Shown piece after piece: positions 39,243-51,499 of a DNA stretch of 64,000 nt. The translations under genes were made by a program, and so were the position numbers. Source of the stretch: Octopus sinensis (lineage: Eukaryota); assembly GCF_006345805.1 (NCBI RefSeq), contig NC_043009.1, positions 15,190,001 to 15,254,000 on the forward strand, read 5' to 3'. Below the pieces are notes generated by a model. It was not told the DNA's origin. It saw nothing but the letters and a program-made list of their open reading frames with translations, and searched no databases. Numbering within the stretch: position 1 is the stretch's first letter; each line of letters opens with the position of its first letter.

Positions 39243-39959
39243 AACAATTTTTAATTATGCTGAATTCTTAAAAGTATAAAATATATGATTTTTAAAGATA
39301 TATCTTCATAGATAATCACTTTTTGAAGAAAAGAATACAGATGCTATTAGCAAAGGACTAACTGGAAATATACATCACCACGGAACATCTTATACAGTGT
39401 ATGTAAGTATGACCAAGGACGTACATGGTAATGCATAGTTCAGGCCCATCGAACTTTTAAAAATCTATTGTTCTTTTTATTATGTTATGGGTCCAATGAA
39501 CAAACAAATTACACAGATATATCATAACGTTAATCACTTTTTCTGTTCGGTGATTCGGATAACTGTTGAAAATGTTCGTTTATCAATACAGCTTTTTGCC
39601 TTTGCAAGAAGTGTGGAGAAAAGCAGGAGAGAGAACAGAGAAGTGAGAAAGAGAGAGAATGTGAGTTGTGAGGGCGTTCATTTCGTCTTTTAAAATTTTT
39701 ATCAGTATTTTCAGAGTAGACTGATACACAGATCGCGAGAAAAGCAAATAAATAGACACATTGTTAAAATAAAGTGAGAGAGAGGAGGGACACAAAGGAA
39801 GTGAGAGAGAGAAAGAGAGAAACTGAGAGTGACATTAGATACATAAATCGATAGAAAAGTGGACACACAAATACATAGACATATTGTTAAATCAAAGACA
39901 AATAACTACAGTACATATTGGATTTCAAATTTACTTTTCATTACCACATGAGAATAAAA

Positions 39960-40130
39960 TTAACTCGCAAGTGGGTGAGTACCCCACAGACATGCATACA
40001 GTTAATGTAGTTCTCAAATAATAGAGCCTCACGCAGAATGTGACAAGGCTGGCCTCTTTGAATTATAGCTGCAACTCATTTTGGCCAGCTGAGTGGACTG
40101 GAGTAAGATAAACCTTCAAAAGATTCTATA
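39960..40130 (-). mobile_element. Old SINE fragment (tail-C related)
   Basis: Shares CAGAATGTGACAAGGCTGGCCTCTTTGAATTA..GCCAGCTGAG with 40420-40730. Confidence 0.65.
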
Positions 40131-40160
40131 TAGGGGCAGGAAAATCTTTCTAGCCGTTAA

Positions 40161-40363
40161 GGTCACTATGGGTACTAATCTGGTTCTAACAGCGGTATTT
40201 ATGGGTCTCGCAAATCTGGCCGCCAAGCCCCCAGATAAACACCGATGCACAGGCTGCTTTAATCAAACTGAGCGTGAGTCGAGGGCGAAGTCACTACACG
40301 TCAGAATAGCAACTATTTCGTCGCAGCTCTCACTGCTGATACTAAACACATGGCATATTTTCC
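40161..40363. mobile_element. 203-bp MITE with TTAA target-site duplication and GG...CC termini (Kolobok-type)
   Basis: TTAA at 40157-40160 and 40364-40367. Imperfect terminal inverted repeats GGTCACTATG / GGAAAATATG. A second inverted copy lies at 41230-41395. Confidence 0.7.
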
Positions 40364-40419
40364 TTAATAGGAAACATTTCCTTTTCTTTCAATTTTTTTT
40401 TAATGGCACACCACTGCTT

Positions 40420-40730
40420 ACGGCAACGAAGTTTCTATTTATCTGATAACCGGAACAGTCTGCTCGTAAAATTAACGTGCCAGTGGCTGAATACTCCACA
40501 TACATGCATACCATAAGGTAGTTCCCGCGGGAGATTCAGCCTCACACAGAATGTGACAAAGCTGGCCTCTTTGAATTACAGCTACAATGAATTTTTGCCA
40601 GCTGAGCGGACCGCAGCAAGGTGAAATAGAGGCCCTTGCTCGATAACACAGCGCGCCGTCAGGAATCGAACTCTTGACTTTACGATCATGGGCCGAATAC
40701 CCCTATCCATTAAGTCGCGCATCTTCACTC
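40420..40730 (-). mobile_element. Old tRNA-derived SINE with tail-C-like 3' end
   Basis: Degenerate tRNA-like head at about 40660-40730. Tail similar to 18945-19130. Confidence 0.7.
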
Positions 40731-41229
40731 TCTTAAACACAGAGAAAATGAATGAAGTGATATAGACAGTGAAAGGAAAACTTCAGTCATTTGAAATGTC
40801 ATTTAGACTGAAATACGACCATTCTTTTCTAGCTTCTTTACTTTTAAAAATGAAGAAGAGAGAAAGACATTTAGTAATATAAATGGAAGGAAAGTCTTTC
40901 AGGTGTTCTAGAATGATCGACTGTTAATTTTCTCTTCTTACCTCCTCCCGGGGTACTTATTCGCCTTTCATAGTTCTTCATGTCTTTTAGATGGGAGGAA
41001 AGACCATGTCTATTTGGGGCACGTTTAACGTTTTCTCAATAAACTACGAACAAGCTCCCACCTCTCTTCCTTTTCTTTTGCATACAAAAACTAATGCAAA
41101 TTTCGAACGGAATATAGATGTGAAAAGAGCCAAGAAGAATGGGTTATACTCACTTCAAAATATGTGGGAGATAAAAGTTGTCAACAGGTGGCTATACGAA
41201 ATTCACCTCTAAATTCACACATATATTAA

Positions 41230-41395
41230 GGAAAAGATGCCATGTGTTTAGTATCAGCAGTGAGAGCTGCGACGAAATAGTTGCTATTCTGTCGTGTAGT
41301 GACTTCGCCCTCGACTCACGCTCAGTTTGATTACATCAGCCTGTGCATCGGTGTTTATCTGGGGGCTTGGCGGCCAGATTTGCGAGACCCATAAA
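41230..41395. mobile_element. Truncated second copy of the Kolobok-type MITE, inverted
   Basis: 41225-41395 vs 40198-40368: 167/171 identical as reverse complement. Preceded by TTAA (41226-41229). Confidence 0.8.
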
Positions 41396-41419
41396 GAGTG
41401 TCTTCTACTATAGCCTGAC

Positions 41420-41870
41420 AAGGAATAGAATCTCTACTGCAGAACGAAGAGCAGTTGCAACAGCTCAGAGAAGCAATTTCTATGAAGCAGCTTTCAATTA
41501 TGATCCAGCAGTTCATTATGCAGACGATATTAGAGCTTCCACTGGTGCAATGACAACTCAGTGTTCACATTATGAACCAAGGAAATGGCCTGGGGAAACA
41601 TCTGTACTGTGCTGCAGTGGCTGAAAGGTTAAACTCAGTCCAGTCCACCACCACCAGAGCCGTTGAAGAAATTGTTCTCATCAACTGACCAAGATGTCAA
41701 GCACTTCCAAAAGAAAATTAGACAATACAACGTTGCACCACAGACGACATCATTTGGCGCCACAAGATATTTAACTGAACTAGGATTCATGCAAACCTTC
41801 AAGATCCAAGGTCAGATTTATCATTGGATTGGCTCTCTACTACCTCTGTAAAATGAATCACCAAAATCGG
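41420..41870 (+). pseudogene. Helitron RepHel N-terminal (pre-Rep) fragment
   Basis: AAFNYDP...KWPGETSVLCCSG*KVKL / PPPEPLKKLF...KHFQKKIRQYN...TSFGA...TFKIQGQIYHWIGSLLP, the diagnostic Helitron motifs. One stop and one frameshift. Confidence 0.92.
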
Positions 41871-42069
41871 CCTTTCATTGTTTATAATCTGTACCTTTTT
41901 GGGTGGGGGATGAAATAACCTACGCAAAACGTGTTTTTGAATTACGTGTATTTACTTTATAAACATATATGAGTTGAGAACTTTCCGTTAACATTTCACT
42001 TAACGTACAAGATTCATACTGGCATGGGTTGGAGAGTTATTAATGTAAAAATCTGGTAGTAGCAGTTGT

Positions 42070-42270
42070 GACCTCTGTAATTTCGACGGTGTTTTTAAAT
42101 TTCATGTTGGTGTGTTTGCGTCCTCATAACTTAGCTGTTCGTCTAAAGAGCTTGATAGAATAAGCTCCAGGCTTACACAGAATAAGTCCAGGGATCGATT
42201 TCTTCGAGTAAAGTGCTGTGCTCCAGCATGGCCATCGTCAAAGGACTGAAATAAGTAAAAGAATAAAATA
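42070..42270 (+). mobile_element. Old SINE remnant
   Basis: 3' part (GATAGAATAAG..CAGGCTTAC..AGAATAAG..CCAGCATGGCC..TCAAA..GACTGAAA) is the reverse complement of the 57915-58060 tail type. Confidence 0.55.
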
Positions 42271-42496
42271 ATACCCGATGAAGGTCCCTTACCACTAAAC
42301 CAAGAAAGATATTTGAATATGTAGGATGTATTTTAAGGCTAAATAGTAATTATGTTTACGTTTTCGTAACTGAGATATTTTGATTGGATTATATAGTTAT
42401 CGGTTTTACACTTCTTTCTATATTCTGCAACTGTCACAATAAAGAAACATTTCTCATGGCACCAATAGAGAATTTACAGATGCTTACATTTTTCAT

Positions 42497-42747
42497 AAAA
42501 TAATGACCTTTTGTCAACATAATGCGCAACCCCAGGATGGGACGAATGTTATCTAGCCCCAGGATACATCGTTTCCAGCTGGCTATACGACACAAAAAAT
42601 ACTTTGACCTTATATTTTCGAACAGGGGAGATCAGCACCTCCACCCTGCGCAACCTCACATCGACGGAAGTTTCCTAGGTTTAAATAACACTAACATTTG
42701 TCCCATCCTGGAACTTACACATTATGTTGGCAAAATGTCATTACTTT
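42497..42747. mobile_element. ~250-bp MITE-like element with ~55-bp imperfect terminal inverted repeats
   Basis: TAATGACCTTTTGTCAACATAATG..CCAGGATGGGACGAATGTTA (42501-42551) pairs with TAACATTTGTCCCATCCTGG..CATTATGTTGGCAAAATGTCATTA (42692-42743). Confidence 0.65.
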
Positions 42748-44809
42748 ATTGTGATCTTACTGTACATCTTTGTTTGAGAGATTTAGAAATAATAATATTT
42801 CTATTTTGCAGTTCAGTAATGGTATGTCACTTTGAAATCTATATATTTTCGACAGCAGGTTAGTAGCGACATTTTGCCAACCAAGCTACTCTACGCTGAT
42901 AAAGAGCAATTACTCAGGAACAGGTCCGTGATTGCGTGGCTATACCGGGTTGAGGTGCAGATCTCCCCTGATCGAAAATATAAAGACAGCATTTTTTTGT
43001 GCCTTATAGCCAACTAGAAACGATGTTTCCTGGTGCTAAATAACAGTAACATTCGTAAGCAACTGTAAATTGTTTCTATATTGTGACAGTTGTAGAAAAT
43101 AGAAACTGATAACTATATAATCCAAGCAAAATAAGCAGAATTACTATTTATCCTTAAAATGCATCGTACATTTCATATGCTTGTGTTTTCTGCAATTCTC
43201 AAACAGTTGTTTCTCGTTCACATGGCGAAACATATTTTACATAAAAGGTGGAAAATAAGAAAATGGAGAACTCTGCTCGTAGTCCTGTAAATCAAGTTTT
43301 AATTGCAAAAGGGCCAAATTGTCAGGAAATAGGACTACTTGAACCTTGTAGGGATTTAAGGTACGTACATGAATAAGATCTTTATAAATAATGAATACTG
43401 AAGAAAGACCAATATACGAAGGTAGTGATAGACGTTGTGAATCCAGAATGAATTTGCTTTTATAGCTATTCTCCAGGAAGATGTGATACAACTTCTTTAA
43501 TAAATATTGTCGTCATTCGTTTTATGAACAGTAATTATATATCAAATGTAGCGCGGGTAGATATTAATATTCGGTGGTAATTTCTCACTGTTATAAGGTC
43601 TCCTAACATATGAAGTTTCTAAGAGATCAAGACATACTTCTCATTGACGAATCATTCGTGATACATTTTTCCCCTTCATGCCATCGATAAAAAGTTTCAT
43701 GATATTAATGGCATCTATATAATTTTTATAGCAATCATAATTTCACTGAGAAGGGATCACAGAAACGGGTTGCATAATATTCAAAGAGTAACTCACTATT
43801 TTATTAATTACATTGCCTCACACGATACGATATCGCCTTTTTTAAAGTTATGCGATCCACAGAGGATTTAAGAGACTTTAAATATTGGTTCTTTCTGCTT
43901 AGAAATTGGGTATTAGAATGTGATGTTATTTAAGTACCTTCGTGTTTATGAATTGAAATTGTTTTTTAGTAAATTCTGCTTTTATGGCGTATCTGAAGAA
44001 GCGTGTGAATCGTGTGTAATCCTTTCCTATCAGGACTCCGATTATCTTTCGTTAAATTAGAATTTAGAACTATTATAAGAGGGAATCTATACGTGATTTC
44101 GTGTAGATCAAATTTCTAGTGATTATCAGTAAGATAATGAACACTACACGGCAGAATTATTTCTCCTTTACTCGCTAAATCCAGTTGGAATGCTATAGCT
44201 TGAATGGGATCGATAGTTCTAGCTTTTAAATAATATATCGGGTAATGAGTATGTAAAGGAATTACGCTAGAAATTATTTACCACTATCATAATCGCATTG
44301 AAGCGGAATAAGGTATACTTAGACGAGATGTTTAGCATTGATACATAGAATTATACCTAGTATGTAGCTAATCTAATGTACGTATTATTTTACAAATGCG
44401 TTGGGTAATTTAATAATAACTAACAAAGCACATATTCAAAGATATGATAATATAAGGATGAATTAACTACAAACAGTATTTATTGTTGAAGAAGTATATG
44501 TTACATTACCTAGCATTAGGTAATTAACTAACATTCGTTCTTGTTCAGTAATACGAATACACAAGAGAAGATAAAGGTAGTAGATACTGTAATAAACATT
44601 TTATATTAGGGATCATGCAATTAACAATATAAATCGTGACATTCATAATTCACTAATTATCACAATGACGTAATAATGTAACAACAGCAACGCTTGTAAT
44701 TTTTAGGTGTCTCATCTGTCCTATCACAAAAGCAGTTAATAAATTACTCCAAAAAAAAAAACTATGATTTGCTTTGAAAGTGAATGCAAAACAAAGAGGT
44801 TTCAAACCA

Positions 44810-45055
44810 TTATTATTATTATTTTATTATTTTCTTCTTCTTCTTCTTCTTCTTCTTCTTCTTCTTCTCTTCTTCTTCTTCTTCTCTTCTTCTTTCTTCT
44901 TCTTCTTCTTCTTCTTCTTCTCTTCTTCGTCTTCTTCTTCTTCTTCTTCTTCTTCTTTTCTTCTTCTTCTTCTTCTTCTCTTCTTCTTCTTCTTCTTCTT
45001 CTTCTTCTCTTATATTATTATTATTATTATTATCATTATTATTATCATCATCATT

Positions 45056-45108
<53 letters not shown>
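44810..45108. repeat. Composite (ATT)n(TTC)n(ATT)n(CAT)n trinucleotide array
   Basis: Read directly from the sequence. Abuts the 3' end of an R4-like LINE. Confidence 0.97.
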
Positions 45109-45109
45109 T

Positions 45110-46790
45110 TTAAAATATGGTCCGTTGTCTTCTGCTGAACCGGGTTCATCCCTTGACCCTAGGGTCACAGTAGGTTCTCATCTCATGGAGAGTACACGGC
45201 GTAAAATGTGTGCGGAACCTACGAACACTATTTTCTGAATTTCTCCCGCGTTAACACTGCAAAATAGTTTGTTGAGCTTCTTATCAAGGCCCTTTTTAAT
45301 TGGCACTCACGCTCCAATCACCACTGGTGCTGTGCAGCTTTTCATTCCCCACATCTTTGTCACTTCTATTTCTAGGTTTTATACTTAAATAACTTCTCAA
45401 CATCTTTAATGGACACATTTCTCTCTGATGGCACTGTCACATCTATCATTAATCATTTCTTATTCTTCCCATATTTGATGATTATGTCTGGCCTGTTTAC
45501 CTTGATTTCTTTATCGGTGTTGATTGGCATGTCCCCGAGTAATGTTACATCATCTTTTCCGGTACCATATTTCTGATGTTGGAAGCTGGTAGTGTTTACA
45601 TATCTTCCAATGGATATATTGCGCTACTCTATCGTGTCTATGTGTATATTCGGTTTTGCAAGCGCTGTGCATCCAGTTAAGATGTGGTCCACTGTTTCAT
45701 CCTGCTCATGACACATTCTGCATTTCGGGTCAGTGCCATCGTTCATTATTTTCTTATTGTAAGTCCTGGTTGCCAAGCTTTGATCTTGTGAAGCTATGAT
45801 AAAACCTTCGGTTTCAGCTTTCAGTCCTGAGCTCTTCATCCATACATGAGTGTCTCGTATTTCTACGTCTGGTTTGTTCGCTCTACATGGGTATCGGCCA
45901 TGTATCAGTTTTTCTAGTCATTCTTCTTTGCTCTTCTTCTGGACTTGTTTTTTCATCTCTTCCTTAACTCTTTTAGCAAACTGGGTTACTTTCTCACTCG
46001 CCTTCATCCTTGGTTCCTCCGTCATCAGTTGTTTCCTAAGCTATACAGATTCTTTGTATACCGAGTATAGCTTCTTTATTTCATCATGCTGATGCACAAG
46101 CTTCATTAGAGGATCTTTTGACAGCTCAAGATATGTATTTAATCCTGCAGTGGTGGTTTTGTAAGATAATTCTCATTGAGTTAGTCCTCTTCCTCAAATG
46201 CTTCTCGGTAAATAAATCCTCTTCACGTCCGCTTTTGGGTGGTTCATTCGAGCCGTGGTTAGTAGTTTTCTGGTCTTGGAGTCTAGCTTCCTTATTTCGC
46301 TCATTTGTCAGTTGATTATGTTGAAACTGTAAGCTACGATTGGTACTGCAAGAGTGTTAATGGCTTCTATTTTGTTTGCAGCGTTGAGACAGGCTTTGTT
46401 ACTAACCGTACTCTCCTCTTTTCTAATTTTCTTTTTCATTGCTGAATGTTTTATGCCGTTACTTTAGTATATGCCAAGGTATTTATATGCTTCGTCTTGG
46501 TCCAGTGCTCGGATTCTTGCTTCTGTATCTACGTGGATATCCGCAGAACATGCCAGTTTGCCTCTTATGAAAGTGGCTTTCATGCGTTTCCCCAGTCCAA
46601 ACTGCATCGTGATATCATCACTGAACTTTTTAACCGTTGTAAGTAGACCTTCTTGTTGTACGCAATTTTTCAGATCATCCAAGTGGAACAGATGACTCCT
46701 TTTTTTCTTCTTGATCTCATATCCATACCCGGTTTTGTTGATCATAGTACTTAATGATATCAGTGTCAAGCTGAATATTAAGTGAGACAG
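45110..46790 (-). mobile_element. R4/Dong-like RLE LINE, 3' 1.7 kb (RT end, CCHC finger, RLE, 3' UTR)
   Basis: SHLFHLDDLK, YKYLGI, AINTLAVPIVAYSF, GLKAETEGFIIASQDQ, KCRMCHEQDETVDHILTGC, WDMPINTDKEIKVNRPDI, terminal QKIVFVGSAHILRRVLSM*. Confidence 0.92.
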
Positions 46791-46829
46791 CGATTTTGAT
46801 TTTGATTGGTTTGCTTGTTATTGATCCAC

Positions 46830-47005
46830 TGAAATGGAGCTGATACAATGCACTGGCAACATTCTAGGTGCCAAACGCCCAAACTTGCTCTACATTTAAC
46901 CAAAGACTGCAGCACCGTCAATGAGATGAGGTGCGGAAAGAAGTGTCGCACGAGGGACGCCCACATCAGTTCATCCTTGTTTTCGTCTTCGTCGTTGTCG
47001 CCCAC
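46830..47005 (-). mobile_element. Tx1/L1-like LINE internal fragment
   Basis: Reverse complement aligns to 62200-62370 (GACGAAGACGAAAA..CATCTCATTGA..CAAGTTTGGGCGTTTGGCA). Confidence 0.75.
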
Positions 47006-47007
47006 AT

Positions 47008-47110
47008 AATCTCAGGGTCGATAAATTAAGTGCCAGTGAAATACTGGGGTTGATGTAACCGATTTATCCCCTCACCCAAAACTGCTGCCCTTCTGCCAAA
47101 ATTTGAAACC
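47008..47110 (+). mobile_element. 3' half of the older SINE variant, ending in (ATT)n
   Basis: GGGTCGATAAATTAAGTGCCAG...CCAAAATTTGAAACC followed by ATT repeats. Confidence 0.7.
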
Positions 47111-47136
47111 ATCATTATTATTATTATTATTATTAT

Positions 47137-47169
<33 letters not shown>

Positions 47170-47185
47170 CAGTAGTAGTAGTAGT

Positions 47186-47224
<39 letters not shown>

Positions 47225-47225
47225 T

Positions 47226-47265
<40 letters not shown>
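47110..47265. repeat. (ATT)n(AGT)n(AGC)n(AGT)n trinucleotide array
   Basis: Read directly from the sequence. Confidence 0.97.
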
Positions 47266-47266
<1 letters not shown>

Positions 47267-47957
47267 CGCTGATAGGCCATGCGGAAGTAGCGAATGCATA
47301 TATTGCCTAAGTAGTATACTATCACCTAGCCGTTGTAACATGTCCTAAGAATACCCTGACCAAATTCGAGCGCTTGCTTTTCCGATTCTTATGGAAGGTT
47401 CAATTTCGCTTGTTACAAAATCCTTCTGCTCAAAAAAAAAGAGGCTATGTGGTGGGCCTGTCTGAAAGGTTTGAAGACAGACATTTCTATCTGGTCAAAG
47501 CCCTCATCACTTGCTTCAAAATATCATTTGATGAAGAAGGTGAGGGTAGAGATGGAGGTGATGCTTTCTAGTATATTAATCAAAATGTGTTTGACAGGGG
47601 AAAGGCTGGTGAGACTGAATGGATCTACTTTGAATATGCTTTTCTAAGCAAGAGGATAAAAACTAGAACAGGGCACTTACCCATGCCTTGGAGATGTCAG
47701 AGTAACCAGAGATTTTTGTGTGGGGCTTACCCCGGATTACCCGAAGTGGACTGACGCGCTATTGGGGTTCCTATTTATGTATTTATTATTTATTTCTCTA
47801 CTTTCTATTATATTATAATCTCTGTTATACCCTTTAATGTGTTAGTATCTCCCCTTGATTTATGTCAACCCTACAAGTTTTTGTAATTTTTTGTGCTGTA
47901 ACTCGTCCTTCGATATTGTCCTCCGTGTCTTAGGCCCTTGTGGCCAATAAAGGAAAT
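47266..47957 (+). mobile_element. Tx1/L1-like LINE 3' end with internal deletion
   Basis: EVANAYIA..YYHLAVV..KFERLLFRFLWK joined to EAMWWACLKGL..KKVRVE, then a 3' UTR ending AATAAAGGAAAT. Confidence 0.8.
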
Positions 47958-48145
47958 CATCATCATCATCATCATCATTATTATTATTATTATTATTGTT
48001 ATTGTTGTTCTTGTTATACGAATATTAATGTTGTTGTTTTGTTGTAGTTGTCAGTATTATTATCACCACCACAACCATCACCATCATCATCATCGCCATC
48101 ATCATCGTCGTCGTCGTCATCGTAGTCATCATCATCGCGCTCATT
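47955..48145. repeat. (CAT)n(ATT)n(GTT)n(CAT/CGT)n trinucleotide array
   Basis: Read directly from the sequence. Confidence 0.93.
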
Positions 48146-48149
48146 ATTT

Positions 48150-49340
48150 CAAAGATGTTACACGCATGCCAATTTGAATTGCAGTGTATTGTTGACAGCG
48201 ATCCGCCTCAAATCTTTAGAATTTCCTTTAGGGTTCTTGCAGAATACTGGATTGTGCATGTGCGCAGTTCGACAATGGAAGTCACGGTTCCAATAATTTT
48301 CCCTTTCGCAGATAGAATTTTCAGTGTTGTATCAAGTGCGCCGAATAACAAAGGTATAACTGTCGTCTTAGTCTCCTCCTCTTCTCCTCTGTTAATTCTC
48401 AATTTTCGCAATTATTACTTTTTACTTTTATCATATTATCTAATAGCCTCTTCAAACGTTACATGTCCAACCTATAATCTTGATACCATGTCACAACTAT
48501 TTTCCTTAGATATCGAAAACCTATCGAACTATCCTAGCTCCTAATGGAGTAGGTTTCTGTGTTAATGCAATGCCTGTGGTTATACCGATCTCAGTAAAGA
48601 AACAATGAAATCAACATAAAGTGCCTTTAACTACAGAGATTACTTTTGCAGAAAACATGCACAGTCTTAGTATTACCCTTGATAAATTATGTTATTTTAC
48701 CAGTTTTACCTGTACTTTAACCGCTACAATCGTATCAGCAGATACAGCCACACCTAATATAATGCTCTCACTAAGCATTTTCCCCAGAATCTGATGATTT
48801 TGCTTGAATCAGGTGGTCAGTCTGTACAGTGAATTCTTGTAAGACTTTGAACTGATCATTTTGTGTGTCATACACTCCTATTGGTGCTGGAATAATTTTC
48901 TACTTCCGTCAAAATCTCATTGACACAATATGTCACACTATAATGCTTTGGCTACAGAATTGTATTTGTGCTTATATTTTCTCTTAGGAGTAGAAGAACT
49001 TTTGTGCACAATGGACACATTTTCCTCGTTACATCTTATACACTTCACATTTTCTTCGGTTCTGTCTCATCTTGCATTAATGGCATCCGTTCGTAATGAG
49101 ACCTTGTTTCTATCTTGAGTTAGCCATTTTCACTCATAATCAATACTAACCTCCTTGCGTTTGTCTGAGATGCTGAACATGAAGCACTATTCCACAGATA
49201 TTTCTTCCTCGCTCCTGTTATCTTCTCTCCTTGTGTTCTTCCGCGATTTGCACTGCTTCTTTCTTCTCTCATCTGAATGCTGAAAGTGGTTCTTCTATGC
49301 CACGTTCTAAAATCTCCAGGCAATCGTCTATTGGTATTAG
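48150..49340 (-). mobile_element. R4/Dong-like RLE LINE 3' region, old copy
   Basis: YKHKYNSVAKAL*CDIL, EFTVQTDHLIQAKSSD, TTVIPLLFGALDT, YSARTLKEILKI*: decayed RLE domain and C-terminus. Confidence 0.75.
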
Positions 49341-49599
49341 TCCACTCATTCTTTCCTTCTTTCATTCTTTCCTTCCTTGCTTTCTTCCTTCCTTCCATCC
49401 TTCAATTCATCTCTCCTTCCTTTATTCCTTCTTTCCTTCCGTTGTAGGACTCTTGACTTTCTGACTTGTTCTATGCCTCTTATTTCTTCTACGGTACATT
49501 TCCAGCACCCTTCCATACCGTCGCTTCTCCTCAATACATTACGAACTCAATGCATAGTGCCTATTCTTGGATCGAAGTAAAGCATAAAAAAACTGAAGT

Positions 49600-50290
49600 T
49601 CTCCAGCCAGACCTCCAGTGCTCACCTACCCCTATCATAGATACACTCATTCTGTTATCTTGGAAACACAATTTCTTACACAGGATTCCTTGACGGGAAG
49701 ATACTTGGCATCTGCATCTTTCGAGAAACTCCGAGGATGAGTCAATCAGAACAAGAAATTTACACAAAATTTCCGATTATCGAGTTGTGTCTATGTCCAC
49801 CCTCCTGTATGGGTCTGACTGCTGGACACATCAGAATAGTGGAATCCAAAGTAACCTCAGTCTCACATGGAAGACAAAGAACCGCATACCGAAATTCTCC
49901 TGGGGTTTGGAATTCGTATCGTTGAGGCCTGCATCCTTCATAGATTTCTCTGCTGAATTGGCCATCTGATTCTGGTACCAGGTAACAAACTCACATAGAT
50001 GTCCTCTTCAGCAAGATCGAGACTGGAAGTAGGCCTCATAGACGTACAAAACTTTGTTTTCATGATCATCTCTAACTGTCTCTCATTCTGTGCAGTATCC
50101 CCACCAATTGGTTGGAGCCCCTGGTTGTTAATCAGGGGGCATAGCGGCCCATGAGTGATGCTGGAGTTAAGCACATTGAAACCGAACTCTTATTCGGGGT
50201 CACTTCCAGTGACCTCTGTGCGACATGATCAACCTATCCCGTATCGCTCTTGTCAACCACATCCGTTCCCATGAGAATCAACGTGCTAGA
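49600..50290 (+). mobile_element. RTE-clade LINE remnant with an internal segment in opposite orientation
   Basis: Plus strand: FCYLGNTIS, STLLYGSDCWT, TEIL (49650-49925) and terminal SRIALVNHIRSHE (about 50235-50280). Minus strand 49925-50110: LHRMRDS..KVLY..EIYEGC. Confidence 0.65.
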
Positions 50291-50409
50291 CGCAGAGGAG
50301 AATAAATGTTTTGCATCAACGCTATCATCACCTCCGGTGCACTATCAAAATTGTGTCGTCCATTTTCAGAAAGCCATAAATGCCATATTAGAGACTCCAC
50401 CTACTCTTT

Positions 50410-50745
50410 GTTTTAGAGATCGACTTTACCTTTCATCGTTTCGGGTTAGATAAAATAGTTAACAGTCGAGCCTTGGAGTGATTGACTAAACTTCGCCCTC
50501 TAACATTGCTGGTTTTGCACCAAAATAGGAAATTATTATTTTAATACTTGTTAGGATAGTAAGCCGGCAGAATTGCTGTTGTGTTGAAGGAAACGTTTTG
50601 CAATATTTATCCAGTTTCTATACATTCTGTCGAGGTTAATTTCGCCATTCTTCTATTAGGGGTCGGAACACAAAAGTACTAGACATGTACTGTGATAGAG
50701 TTAATTTCTAGGCGCTTCCTTGAAACTGCTAACTTCTGCCTAATT
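50410..50745 (+). mobile_element. Two strongly decayed copies of the older SINE variant
   Basis: CGACTTTACCTTTCATCGTTTCGGGTTAGATAAA and GAGGTTAATTTCGCCATTC..GGGGTCGG resemble the central domain. Confidence 0.5.
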
Positions 50746-51499
50746 AAGAAACTAGTATTTTTTTTTTCTTTTACTTTCTTTTGAGTGCTGCATTTCTTGA
50801 TACAAAATATCTTTCTTTCGTGTCACTCATAAAATTTTTTTATTAATCATCGGATTTCATGTCCATTTGAATGAAGTTGAAACTGTATTCATAGAGAAAG
50901 GATGATTTATTACTGGTACTTCTTCTTTGAGAAAAAATCCTAATTCCTCAAAGAAATATTTTTCCTGTCATGAGGCATGTCAATCATGACGACTAAAGCA
51001 GTGTTCATCATGGAAATTACAGACAAATACGTCTTAAAAAATAAGGGATATAAACAACATAATGAATATCTGTACTTAAAAAATAAGGAGAAAGAAATTC
51101 AGCTGGCGATAGCAAATGCACAGCGCATAGAAATATTCTCTGTCAAAATGCCAATCCAGAATTAACAATAACAGACGTTTCTCTTTTGCTTCACTTTTCA
51201 GCAGCGAGGTAATTTGGAATATGACTCAACGCGTGAAAAGAAAAAAAATTATAACATAGTACAAATATGTGACCATATCAAAATTTCCATTTGAATAGTG
51301 TCACTCATACCCTTAATATAACCCAAAGAATAAAAATAAAATGAAATCGCCAAGTAACAAATTTATTACGGAGGCGATAAAATGTATTTACCAGCTCCAC
51401 AAAATTTCCCAGTGAATTTCCTATCTGAACGAGTTTATCCTATCTGAACGAGTTTAGATCGTATACATCTGAAGATCCACACTAAATCACACACCAAGG

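Noticed and set aside
43237-43491. ORF with LNPYKVQVV resembling a Tc1/mariner linker
   Set aside because: A single weak motif with no catalytic residues or TIRs found.
44764-45238. Poly-Ser/Leu/His/Phe ORFs (also 32748-33049, 47026-47348, 52463-52705)
   Set aside because: Translations of trinucleotide microsatellites.
51419-51457. 19-bp tandem duplication (also a 25-bp duplication at about 59850-59895)
   Set aside because: Ordinary slippage duplications with only two units and no spacers, so not CRISPR-like.
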